A DNA stretch of 64,000 nucleotides from a virus (taxonomy: Duplodnaviria > Caudoviricetes), in the IMG/VR virus record IMGVR_UViG_3300028628_000004; one strand, written 5' to 3'. The translations under genes and the position numbers were made by a program. How positions within the stretch are numbered: the first letter of the stretch is position 1; each line of letters opens with the position of its first letter. Below the pieces are notes generated by a model. That model did no database searches and was not told the origin of the DNA. It saw only the letters and a list, made by a program, of their open reading frames with translations. Shown piece by piece: positions 28,331 to 35,781 of this stretch.

Positions 28331-28447
28331 AAAAGACCACACCGTTTCTGCATTGTTAAGAGGCTGGTATGGTGCTACTGAACGACCACTCATGGTTGAG
28401 CATCTTAGAGAGGCTTGAGTGGGGCGGAGCCGTTTCATGCTCCTTAT

Positions 28448-28526
28448 TGGTGGGCAAGGTGGGAATCGAACCCGACCTCAACAACTTTATCAGAGTTGCA
28501 CTAGCATACCAGCTAGACTCTTGCCC
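28448..28526 (-). tRNA. tRNA-Ile(GAT)
   Basis: CAACT-CT-GAT-AA-AGTTG. Confidence 0.82.
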
Positions 28527-28739
28527 AAAAATGTACCAACTTCACGCATCGGTCCATGAGCATTCAAATAAGGTTCTTCCATTGAAGGAAATGAATGATC
28601 TTATAGGAGACAGGGTGCTACCCTGGCTGAACAGCGGCGTTAAGGATCCCCTTCCGGGTCCAAGTGGATTTATTCTCCCCTCGACATGGAGATTTTGGTG
28701 GTGGATATATTTTAAGACCGCTACCGCCACACGGTCTGC

Positions 28740-28814
28740 TGGCACCCCAGGAAGGACTCGCACCTTTCATCTTCGGTTTCGTAGACCGACGTTCTTCTGT
28801 TATACTACCGGGGT
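28740..28814 (-). tRNA. tRNA-Arg(ACG)
   Basis: TCGGT-CT-ACG-AA-ACCGA. Confidence 0.85.
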
Positions 28815-28821
28815 ATGAGAA

Positions 28822-28892
28822 TGGCAGGCAATCGTGGTGCTTACCCACGCTGATCTTCGTTCGAAGCGATGATTGCTCTCGGAGCATTGCCC
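28822..28892 (-). tRNA. tRNA-Arg(TCG), reduced D arm
   Basis: TCG-CT-TCG-AA-CGA; GCCA end. Confidence 0.65.
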
Positions 28893-28904
28893 ATGAAAAA
28901 GATT

Positions 28905-29041
28905 GTAGCAAGACGGCTACATAAGCCGCATTCATCATCAAGATAACTACCCGTCCTGGGAACTTAATCGTGGGACTTCAACCCCCGTAGTTAGGCTCTT
29001 TATTTCCCCTTGATGTGTCTTTATGTTTAGACGATTGCTAC
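28905..29041 (-). ncRNA. tRNA-derived RNA with expanded anticodon arm
   Basis: GTAGCAA/TTGCTAC; D-like arm; CATCAAG/CTTGATG enclosing about 70 nt. Confidence 0.5.
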
Positions 29042-29042
29042 T

Positions 29043-29230
29043 TGGTGGGGGAGGTTGGATTCGAACCAACATGCCTCATCGGAACTTATCAGTTAAGTCC
29101 CACGCCTTACGCTCGTTGGGTAATTACTCCGTATGAGCATCGTGGGTTGAATTCTCTATTGTGAGTAACGTTATCTCTCACAGAAAATTCGTTTGTTCAA
29201 CGAGTCGCTTTGCCATTAGCGTACTCCCCC
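29043..29230 (-). ncRNA. Tyr-like tRNA body with ~110-nt structured insertion replacing the anticodon
   Basis: GGGGGAG/CTCCCCC-ACCA, canonical D and T arms. Confidence 0.65.
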
Positions 29231-29281
29231 AAAAGATGAAGGTTGCTTGCGTTAGTGGAAGCGAGCCTACAAACCTACGCA

Positions 29282-29355
29282 TGGTGGGCAATAAGGGAAT
29301 CAAACCCCTGTATTCTGAACGTCAATCAGATGTTCTATCATTGAACTAATCGCCC
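29282..29355 (-). tRNA. tRNA-Val(GAC)
   Basis: TCTGA-TT-GAC-GT-TCAGA. Confidence 0.87.
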
Positions 29356-29357
29356 AT

Positions 29358-29388
29358 AAATCAAACTACGCTATAGAGTTGTTAAACG
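29358..29388 (-). promoter_or_regulatory. boxA-like plus CGTAGTTTG leader motif (1 of 5 copies; others at 30810, 37357, 38257, 38751)
   Basis: GTTTAACAACTCTATAGCGTAGTTTGAT directly 5' of a tRNA. Confidence 0.65.
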
Positions 29389-29484
29389 AAGCATTCGCTT
29401 CGTGGCTCTACTATAAGAGGTCTTCTGTGTAATACAATAGGAGCGACACACATACATCAGGAGTGTATCACACAGAAGCTTTGC

Positions 29485-29573
29485 TGGCGGAATCACACTG
29501 AATCGAACAGTCCAGACCTTCAAGCCTGGGGACGGCTTTCGAAACCGATTGAACACCTTGTTCCCGTGACTCC
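29485..29573 (-). tRNA. tRNA-Ser(CGA), 8/4 fold
   Basis: CGGT-TT-CGA-AA-GCCG; 8-bp acceptor, 4-bp T stem. Confidence 0.8.
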
Positions 29574-29580
29574 AAAACTT

Positions 29581-29673
29581 TGGCGGATAGAGAGGGATTC
29601 GAACCCCCGGTGCCCGTTAAAAGGCACTTCGGTTTTCAAAACCGACGCAATCGACCTACTCTGCCATCTATCC
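29581..29673 (-). tRNA. tRNA-Ser(TGA)
   Basis: TCGGT-TT-TGA-AA-ACCGA. Confidence 0.92.
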
Positions 29674-29677
29674 ATGC

Positions 29678-30064
29678 CTACATCCATAATCTACCTAATC
29701 TTTTTTCAAATAGCTTTTGAGCCTTTAAAAACATCTTTGCGTCCTCCGCACATAAAGATGGATATACTTGAGGTTTCTCTTTACTAGGAAGACGAGTAAC
29801 AGTGGAGAAGCCATCTATCATTGCCTTCAAGTCCCTGACAAGTTTCTTGTCTTGCTTATCATCTGGATGCATCTTATGAAGATACATCTTGAGACGAGGA
29901 ACTATCCAGCTACAAAAGGCAACATCCAAGTTTATTATTTCTTCGGCTCGGATTGCTTTGTTGCTCACGATATCATCAGCGAGTTTGAGAAGGCTCTCAT
30001 TTTTTTCTCTGAGCTTCTCGTTTTCTTCTTCGAGTTGCTTGATGTATATCTTTTCCTGTGTCAT
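29678..30064 (-). CDS. Hypothetical protein (coiled-coil N-terminus; NLD..F..WI.PRL..Y phage-type motif)
   Basis: ORF track; TTGATA-N17-TATAAT promoter. Confidence 0.75.
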   Translation of the reverse strand: MTQEKIYIKQLEEENEKLREKNESLLKLADDIVSNKAIRAEEIINLDVAFCSWIVPRLKMYLHKMHPDDKQDKKLVRDLKAMIDGFSTVTRLPSKEKPQVYPSLCAEDAKMFLKAQKLFEKRLGRLWM

Positions 30065-30098
30065 ACACCTATTATAACTATGGTATATGATATATCAA

Positions 30099-30188
30099 TG
30101 GTGGAGTAAGGAGTAATCGAAACTCTGCCCCCTTGCGGCGACCTTTCGCTTTCCAGGCGAACGCATCTCCCCGATGCTTCTCTACTCC
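30099..30188 (-). tRNA. tRNA-Ser(GGA), 8/4 fold with bulged A
   Basis: TTCGC-CT-GGA-AA-GCGAA. Confidence 0.78.
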
Positions 30189-30194
30189 ATGAAA

Positions 30195-30476
30195 TTAACC
30201 GCCAAGTATCTTATCAAAATCAAACTTATCTTTGATAAACTTATGAAAAAACTGACCTTTACTTGGTGAAAATTTAAATTTATCTTTTAAGAATCTTGAT
30301 ATGTTGTTATAAGCATATACTACAGAAGGGTCGCCTTCAAACCTAATATACAATATTTTTTTCTTACGTGAATATCCAGATTGGATAATAGCAGTCGAAT
30401 CAACATTTGTTGGTGTTAAATTGGCTTCTTCAAGTTTCTTCCAAGTTTCTTGGAGATGTTTATGAATATTATCCAT
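30195..30476 (-). CDS. KTSC domain protein
   Basis: VDSTAI..SGY....ILYIRF....VYAY..I......SKGQFFHKFIK. Confidence 0.85.
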   Translation of the reverse strand: MDNIHKHLQETWKKLEEANLTPTNVDSTAIIQSGYSRKKKILYIRFEGDPSVVYAYNNISRFLKDKFKFSPSKGQFFHKFIKDKFDFDKILGG

Positions 30477-30495
30477 GTATTCATATTTATAAAAT

Positions 30496-30569
30496 TGGTG
30501 CTGCTCCAAGGAATCGAACCTTGTTTCCCTACATACCAAGCAGGTGTAATACCAGTATACTAGAGCAGC
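30496..30569 (-). tRNA. tRNA-Thr(GGT)
   Basis: CCTGC-TT-GGT-AT-GTAGG. Confidence 0.9.
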
Positions 30570-30574
30570 ATAAG

Positions 30575-30714
30575 ACCAGAGAAGAGATTGGGAGCAACAG
30601 TGTTTTTGCCGCTCTGCCGTTGAGCTACCTCACCGTTTGTGGTGAGGGTAGGATTCGAACCTACATCCTGCTCCTTATAATGGAAGTAACCGTCACAATG
30701 ACTACTTCTCTGGT
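30575..30714 (-). ncRNA. YrlA-type Y RNA
   Basis: Long closing stem; T arm, then closed acceptor-like hairpin, then D arm (permuted tRNA domain). Confidence 0.75.
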
Positions 30715-30716
30715 TT

Positions 30717-30807
30717 TGGTGGAAGGTGGGAGAATCGAACTCCATTCCCATTAAAGGGAACAATTTCTTTAGCAAAGAATTCCAGTACCACACTGGTTCT
30801 ACCTTCC
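30717..30807 (-). tRNA. tRNA-Ser(GCT), 8/4 fold with bulged A
   Basis: TTCT-TT-GCT-AA-AGAA. Confidence 0.8.
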
Positions 30808-30834
30808 ATAATCAAACTACGCTTATAATGTTGT

Positions 30835-30870
30835 AAAAAGAAAAACCCCGACTTTTTGAGTCAGGGTTTT
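30835..30870 (-). terminator. Attenuator A terminator
   Basis: AAAACCCTGACT-CAAAA-AGTCGGGGTTTTTCTTTTT. Confidence 0.85.
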
Positions 30871-30899
30871 CAGAGGGTGCCTATTTTTAGGTCTTTCTC

Positions 30900-31004
30900 T
30901 TACTTACCTGACTCCTGAGTAATAAAATCAGAGAGACGGCGACTCGACAACCATGATGGTTGGAGTTGCTGGACTGGCTGATGGGTGGGTAGGAGGTTAA
31001 TCAT
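30900..31004 (-). CDS. Leader peptide A, MINLLPTHQPVQQLQPSWLSSRRLSDFITQESGK*
   Basis: 34-codon ORF between TATAAATA (31018-31025) and the terminator; contains antiterminator GAGTCAGG. Confidence 0.75.
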   Translation of the reverse strand: MINLLPTHQPVQQLQPSWLSSRRLSDFITQESGK

Positions 31005-31106
31005 AATGTTCTATCTTTATTTATATGCGTATTCTAACATGTCCTGAGAAAAATACAATAAGTATTTTTACCATTGCGTAGTTTGTAATGTTTATAAGGA
31101 CTTACA

Positions 31107-31382
31107 TCAACTTTCCGAAAGGTCATCTTGAACTTCTTTACGAATAACTTCTTCGAGAAGACCATGCTCATCCTTCCACTTGGAAGCACAGCCAGGAATC
31201 TTATGCCCGTGGCATAACCCGCAGTCAGTACGACCACAGTCACAGGGATGCTTGACGGCAAGCCTATTTTTTTCATTTTCAAAATACTTAACTCGTTTCT
31301 TATCCGTTTCCTTCAAAAACTTTAAACGGTTGTCTGCAACTCGTTTCGTCTGTGATCTGCGCCATACTCGACTGCGTTTCAT
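31107..31382 (-). CDS. Small basic Cys-rich hypothetical protein
   Basis: AAGGAG RBS; CDC...CGLC. Confidence 0.7.
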   Translation of the reverse strand: MKRSRVWRRSQTKRVADNRLKFLKETDKKRVKYFENEKNRLAVKHPCDCGRTDCGLCHGHKIPGCASKWKDEHGLLEEVIRKEVQDDLSES

Positions 31383-31406
31383 GTAATTCTCCTTGTTAAT
31401 AAAGCT

Positions 31407-31481
31407 TGGTGCTACTTGAGAGATTTGAACTCCCGACCTTCTGTTTACAAAACAGATACACTACCACTGTGTTAAAGTAGC
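31407..31481 (-). tRNA. tRNA-Thr(TGT)
   Basis: TCTGT-TT-TGT-AA-ACAGA. Confidence 0.9.
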
Positions 31482-31485
31482 ATAA

Positions 31486-31560
31486 TGGTGCCCCCACCAC
31501 GACTCTCACATGGCTTTCCGGAGTACAAAACCGGTGTGTCGATATCTACACTTTAGGGGC
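31486..31560 (-). tRNA. tRNA-Thr(TGT), variant elbow
   Basis: CCGGT-TT-TGT-AC-TCCGG. Confidence 0.75.
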
Positions 31561-31592
31561 ATATGCCTCCCACTGAAGGGAGGTCTTGTAAT

Positions 31593-31922
31593 TTACTTCA
31601 AAAGCGACAGCTTACCGAAAATAGCTTTGGACACTTCGTTGTCGATGGGTTCAAAAGCAGTTGCGGTTTCTGCGTTAGACATATCGGGTTCTATGAAGGT
31701 GGTGTATGATAACTCCATTCTGTCATAGAGTGCCTTTATGCTTGCAATTTCGTTATCCGTTGCGGAGAGAAGAATCATTGTCTTGTGGTTGTTCACCCAA
31801 TCAATGACTTTGGGCTTCTGTCCGTGTTGTGCCATAAACTCGGCAGCCGCGTGGCTACTCTGTACAGCACAATGAGTTAACGGAAGTATATCTCGTCTGA
31901 TGAGGATGAACATCTTAAGCAT
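31593..31922 (-). CDS. Peptidyl-tRNA hydrolase, Pth2-like
   Basis: KMFILIRRD....CAVQSSHAAAE...W...KTMILL...FIEPD...ETATAFEP; GGAGG RBS. Confidence 0.8.
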   Translation of the reverse strand: MLKMFILIRRDILPLTHCAVQSSHAAAEFMAQHGQKPKVIDWVNNHKTMILLSATDNEIASIKALYDRMELSYTTFIEPDMSNAETATAFEPIDNEVSKAIFGKLSLLK

Positions 31923-31926
31923 TTTG

Positions 31927-32313
31927 CTATATACCTCCGGTGCCACAGGCACACTCGGGTATGAGAGCATCTTGTTTCTCCTTGACGTAATCTTCCATTC
32001 TCTTACGAATGATTTCAGAAGACTGAACATATTCTTTTTCTCTCTCTTCGTTTAAGTGGCACTTACCACGAACCTGTCCATACGCTATATGCATACAAGT
32101 AGTCCGGTACTTATCGTTGCGGATTGCGTTCTCTGCACACCACCAGTATTTTTCACCTGATGTATCGTAGGGGTAGGCATTGCCTGGAAGTCCAGTTGAT
32201 GCACTACGCTGGTTGCGGCGTAAAGCCTGTTTGTTGTGAGCAAGTCTCTCAGCGAGAGTCTTGATTTCGCTGCGGAAAAATTCCATTGCGAGTTTATGTT
32301 GGGTTATATCCAT
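31927..32313 (-). CDS. Hypothetical protein co-transcribed with Pth2
   Basis: AAGGA RBS; HIAYGQVRGK. Confidence 0.75.
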   Translation of the reverse strand: MDITQHKLAMEFFRSEIKTLAERLAHNKQALRRNQRSASTGLPGNAYPYDTSGEKYWWCAENAIRNDKYRTTCMHIAYGQVRGKCHLNEEREKEYVQSSEIIRKRMEDYVKEKQDALIPECACGTGGI

Positions 32314-32365
32314 GATTTTATTCCTTAAGGTTGATTGTTGAGTTTACGAACTACAGACAATCAGC

Positions 32366-32413
32366 TTATGGAGGACCACGAATCAGCTACCCATACTCTT
32401 TGTTCTAACGCAT
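32366..32413 (-). promoter_or_regulatory. Amber-interrupted leader M-R-*-N-K-E-Y-G-*-L-I-R-G-P-P-stop
   Basis: AAAGGA RBS, then ATG CGT TAG AAC AAA GAG TAT GGG TAG CTG ATT CGT GGT CCT CCA TAA. Confidence 0.7.
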
Positions 32414-32445
32414 AGCTATCCTTTCTTGTTGAGGTTAATACGACA

Positions 32446-32521
32446 TGGTGCTTCCGGTGGGATTTTAACCCACAACCAAGCGGTTTAGAATCGCTTGCTC
32501 TTTCATTTGAGCTACGGAGGC
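32446..32521 (-). tRNA. Amber suppressor tRNA (CTA)
   Basis: AGCGA-TT-CTA-AA-CCGCT, full cloverleaf, ACCA. Confidence 0.8.
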
Positions 32522-32526
32522 ATGAA

Positions 32527-32601
32527 TGGTGCCCATCTCTGGTAACGCTCCAGATTCTCTACGATACGAATGTAGTGCATCGCTTTTAATGCTTGATGGG
32601 C
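32527..32601 (-). tRNA. tRNA-Thr(CGT)
   Basis: CTACA-TT-CGT-AT-CGTAG. Confidence 0.8.
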
Positions 32602-32605
32602 AAAA

Positions 32606-32680
32606 TGGTCGTGGTGGTGGGAATCGAACCCACTAGGAGCGGCTTATGAAACCGCCGTCCATCCATTGAACTTCACCACG
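32606..32680 (-). tRNA. tRNA-Met/Ile2(CAT)
   Basis: GCGGT-TT-CAT-AA-GCCGC. Confidence 0.82.
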
Positions 32681-32966
32681 AGACGGGGTATGTTATTTCT
32701 TACATCTGCATACACCCCATGATATGCGGACTTCGATGTTACCTATAATAGATCCCTGACTTTGGCTTAGGGGGAGTAACATTTCCTCTAAGCCCACTGG
32801 CTTTTTGATAGGGTCAACCAGATGGGTAATAATTAGTAGGACAGTCACATGGCATGAGTAATGGGCAACCTAACTTGCCACCATGAATTACACTGAACTC
32901 TTTTTACGGGAAAGATAACCCATCATGTAAGTGTTACATCAACCCTACATTTGCCTTGCGGCTATA

Positions 32967-33041
32967 TGGCACCCAAACTAGGACTTGCACCTAGAAGAAT
33001 TCTTTAGGAAAGAATCAGTTTTCTATTTAGCTTATTCGGGC
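32967..33041 (-). tRNA. tRNA-Arg(CCT)
   Basis: ATTCT-TT-CCT-AA-AGAAT. Confidence 0.82.
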
Positions 33042-33349
33042 ATGATGAGGAAGCTTCGGGTGTATTCTATAGAATAGAAAACTTGTCCGAAGCGTCTATG
33101 CGGTTAGAAGAGTCCTCTTTCTCTACTAACTGTTCGCGATCCTAAACTCGTATCTCGGTCGTTACTCTCGGAGCCGCATATAAAGTGTCATTTAGGACAC
33201 GAGTCCACTTTACAGGAAGTTCCGTGAGTTGTTCATAGGAACTTCAGCTAATAACCCGTTTCAGTATGACCACATGGTGGTTCAAACCATATTTCTATGG
33301 CTACTTAACGAGCCAACCATATCAACTCATTCCGGTTGGGTTTGAGAAA

Positions 33350-33412
33350 GAGCCGAGATTAATCGCAACGGTGTGTTTTTCCAAAGAAGTAACCGTTACA
33401 TGACTGCGGTTC
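33350..33412 (-). ncRNA. Short Y-RNA-family stem RNA
   Basis: Shares AGTCA..GTAACGGTTACTTC...ACACCGT..AATCTC with 30575..30714. Confidence 0.6.
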
Positions 33413-33566
33413 AGGTGGTAATAGTATTCACTACAAGATTCGTTGGGCATTCCTATGCCTATCTTAGAACCTTCCACTCTCTCTGTGGCAATACTATTGG
33501 TAAGATGACAGGAGCTTCATATACTCTACTGTCTTTAAAAGTGTCTGTCCGACACTTATATGAAGG

Positions 33567-33652
33567 TGGAATCGCACGGGGGAGTCGAACCCCGGACCTT
33601 AACAGTTTTGCAGACTGCTCCCAGAAACCCTCTGAGATGAAGGGCATGCGAT
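33567..33652 (-). tRNA. tRNA-Cys(GCA), atypical D arm
   Basis: GCAGT-CT-GCA-AA-ACTGT, U73. Confidence 0.78.
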
Positions 33653-33950
33653 TATGCTGTGATACTTTCAAGAAAGCTATATCCTTGCCCACCAACACTG
33701 TTGGCTACTCAGACCTCTCTTGTTGCTTGTCACCCCTTAGTATCATAGAGGCTCGCTTAACGTTTGGGACCGTTTTCCAGATGAAAGACTGGTATGTACT
33801 TGCAGCGATTTCGCAATCCTTTGCGGTTTCACTTGCTCCAGATAAAGACCGCCTTTCACCTTCTAGTGGCGCGGCAATAATCTTCAAGTATTGCAAGAAT
33901 CCCCTTCAATCCTTGTACAGTCACAAGTAGTCCTTTTTCAAGGGACGAGT

Positions 33951-34026
33951 TGGTGCAGGTTGTCGGAATCGAACCGACGCCTTCTGATTGGAAGTCAGGC
34001 ATGCTACCACTGGACACCAAACCTGC
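33951..34026 (-). tRNA. tRNA-Gly(TCC)
   Basis: CTGA-CT-TCC-AA-TCAG. Confidence 0.88.
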
Positions 34027-34031
34027 ATAAA

Positions 34032-34143
34032 TGGTGCGCCGGGATGGAATTTAACCACCTTCCCCCTTAACTTACAGGCAACTCGCTACGCGCAGCTTGC
34101 TGCTAGTTTTTTGTAAGGCGCTCTAACGATGAGCTACCAACGC
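34032..34143 (-). ncRNA. tRNA-derived RNA with elongated anticodon hairpin
   Basis: GCGTTGG/CCGGCGC-ACCA; D and T arms; long hairpin in place of the loop. Confidence 0.6.
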
Positions 34144-34324
34144 ATATTTTTCTGTGTGTCTTCCATCCTTTTCTTTTAAGTGTTCTGACCAAACTTCGTC
34201 TCACACACCTTCCTGTTTCAAGGCACTCAATGACATAAGTATAGCCAAGTTAAGAGGAATGGACTTAGGGTTACGGATTGTCATATCTCAAACCAGAAGT
34301 AATGGGACATTCGTCACAGAAAAT

Positions 34325-34399
34325 TGGAGCAGTGTAAGGGAATTGAACCCTTGTATCCAGCTTGGAAGGCTGGCACATAAGCCTCTCTGTCAACACTGC
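34325..34399 (-). tRNA. tRNA-Gly(TCC)
   Basis: CCAGC-CT-TCC-AA-GCTGG. Confidence 0.88.
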
Positions 34400-34606
34400 A
34401 TAGGATCTACTATACGCGAGCTAGTAGATGTTTTATTTCTTTCTTTGAATACCACTCATCGTCCCTCGCATCGTAATGGGTGATATGAAATTTAGGCTAC
34501 TTGGGAATCTTGTTCGCAAAGGAACCACCCGATGCTACTAGAGACTCCTGTTCACACAGGGTACTTACTCGCCGCAACTGGTTAGGAATTAGCTTTCAAT
34601 ACCGTT

Positions 34607-34726
34607 TGGCTGGAAAGAAGGGATTCGAACCCCTGACCTAGTGATTATGGTGATGAGCGTAAGAGTTGAACTTACTGATTCCTTTGCCCATTACAGTCAC
34701 TTGCACTACCGCTGTGCTACTTTCCA
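34607..34726 (-). tRNA. tRNA-Asn(GTT) with a 45-nt mini-tRNA insert (34648..34692)
   Basis: AGTGA-CT-GT[insert]T-AA-TCACT. Confidence 0.8.
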
Positions 34727-34732
34727 ATGATT

Positions 34733-34830
34733 TGGCGTTCCCGGTAGGATTTGAACCTACGACCATTGGATTATGGCAGTGATTTGTTAATCACCGAAAT
34801 CCAAAGCTCTTCCAACTGAGCTACGAGAAC
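34733..34830 (-). tRNA. tRNA-Arg(TCT) with a 22-nt GCCA-ended hairpin insert (34774..34795)
   Basis: TTGGA-TT-TC[insert]T-AA-TCCAA. Confidence 0.82.
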
Positions 34831-34833
34831 ATG

Positions 34834-34912
34834 TGGCACCCATGGTAGGAGTTGAACCTACATGTATCCAGTTAGCTTTCTCCTGCTTAGAAGGCAGGCG
34901 GCATACATGGGC
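34834..34912 (-). tRNA. tRNA-Arg(TCT), D-arm-less with expanded variable region
   Basis: CCTGC-CT-TCT-AA-GCAGG. Confidence 0.75.
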
Positions 34913-34923
34913 ATGAAGAAATC

Positions 34924-34987
34924 GGGGAGATTAGGAGTTACGGTGTTTTGTTTCATAAGGTGAAGTAACCGTAACAATGACTGCCCC
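34924..34987 (-). ncRNA. Short Y-RNA-family stem RNA
   Basis: GGGGCAGTCATTGTTACGGTTACTTC...ACACCGTAAC..AATCTCCCC. Confidence 0.6.
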
Positions 34988-34995
34988 AAAGGATT

Positions 34996-35113
34996 GTGTT
35001 AGCATAGGGGGATTCGAACCCAGGCAACATAAGTCGCCTGTTTTACCCGCATGACATTTTAGTGACCGCTATTTGCAGTCTGTCGGATCTACCGCTGAGC
35101 TACACGCTAACAC
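34996..35113 (-). ncRNA. tRNA-like RNA with an 11-bp closing stem, no CCA
   Basis: GTGTTAGCGTG/TATGCTAACAC; TAGCTCAGCGGTAGA; GGGTTCGAATCCC. Confidence 0.5.
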
Positions 35114-35302
35114 GAAAAGGTGAGTCTCTAGTAGGCTGGCGAGAGGCTACGATGGTTAGTCGTATAAGCGACCTGAAAAAGTCGCTCCACGTTCACTACT
35201 AGGCACCCGAATTAAATTGGTGGACAGAATTACCTTTTACGATTAGCTGCCCGATCCTAATCAACCATTGTTAGATGGGGAAATGGTATCGAATAACCCC
35301 TT

Positions 35303-35378
35303 TGGTGGACACAAAGGGAGTCGAACCCTTCACAGATGCATTGCAAGTGCGTCTCGCCCCCACGGAACATGTGTGCCC
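35303..35378 (-). tRNA. tRNA-Ala(TGC)
   Basis: GCA-CT-TGC-AA-TGC, G3.U70. Confidence 0.82.
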
Positions 35379-35442
35379 AAAAATGGTGAAGCTGGTTTCT
35401 TTTTATGAGTGAAACACTTTGCCTCTAACAAAAGTTCTCGTA

Positions 35443-35518
35443 TGGTGGAATGATCCGGCTACGCTCCGGACGCCTCCTGCGTGCAAGGCAGGCGCTCTAC
35501 TGAATGAGCTATCACCCC
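35443..35518 (-). tRNA. tRNA-Ala(TGC), variant elbow
   Basis: CCTGC-CT-TGC-AC-GCAGG, G3.U70. Confidence 0.85.
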
Positions 35519-35599
35519 ATGGAAAGCTATATGTTTCTTTTTGTTGACAGGGAAAGAAACTTGTAGAGTCGCTTAGCTTCTACTAGAAAGAACCCACGA

Positions 35600-35675
35600 T
35601 GGATGCGGTGGGCTGGACTTGCACCAGCGATTCCCGCCTTATGAGGGCGGTGAGATGCTACTTCTCTACCCCGCA
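35600..35675 (-). tRNA. tRNA-Met(CAT), initiator-like body
   Basis: CCGCC-CT-CAT-AA-GGCGG. Confidence 0.8.
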
Positions 35676-35707
35676 ATGCTGAAGGTTATTAGATACCTAC
35701 AAACTTT

Positions 35708-35781
35708 TGGAAGCGCAGAAAGGAGTCGCACCTTTATCTATTGGTTATGAGCCAATTATGCTACTGTTACACCACCGCGCA
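35708..35781 (-). tRNA. tRNA-Met(CAT), 1:72 mismatch
   Basis: ATTGG-CT-CAT-AA-CCAAT. Confidence 0.8.

Noticed and set aside
26056-34795. Group I or archaeal BHB introns as the explanation for the anticodon inserts
   Set aside because: 22-46 nt is too short for a group I core, no bulge-helix-bulge is visible, and all end in NCCA.
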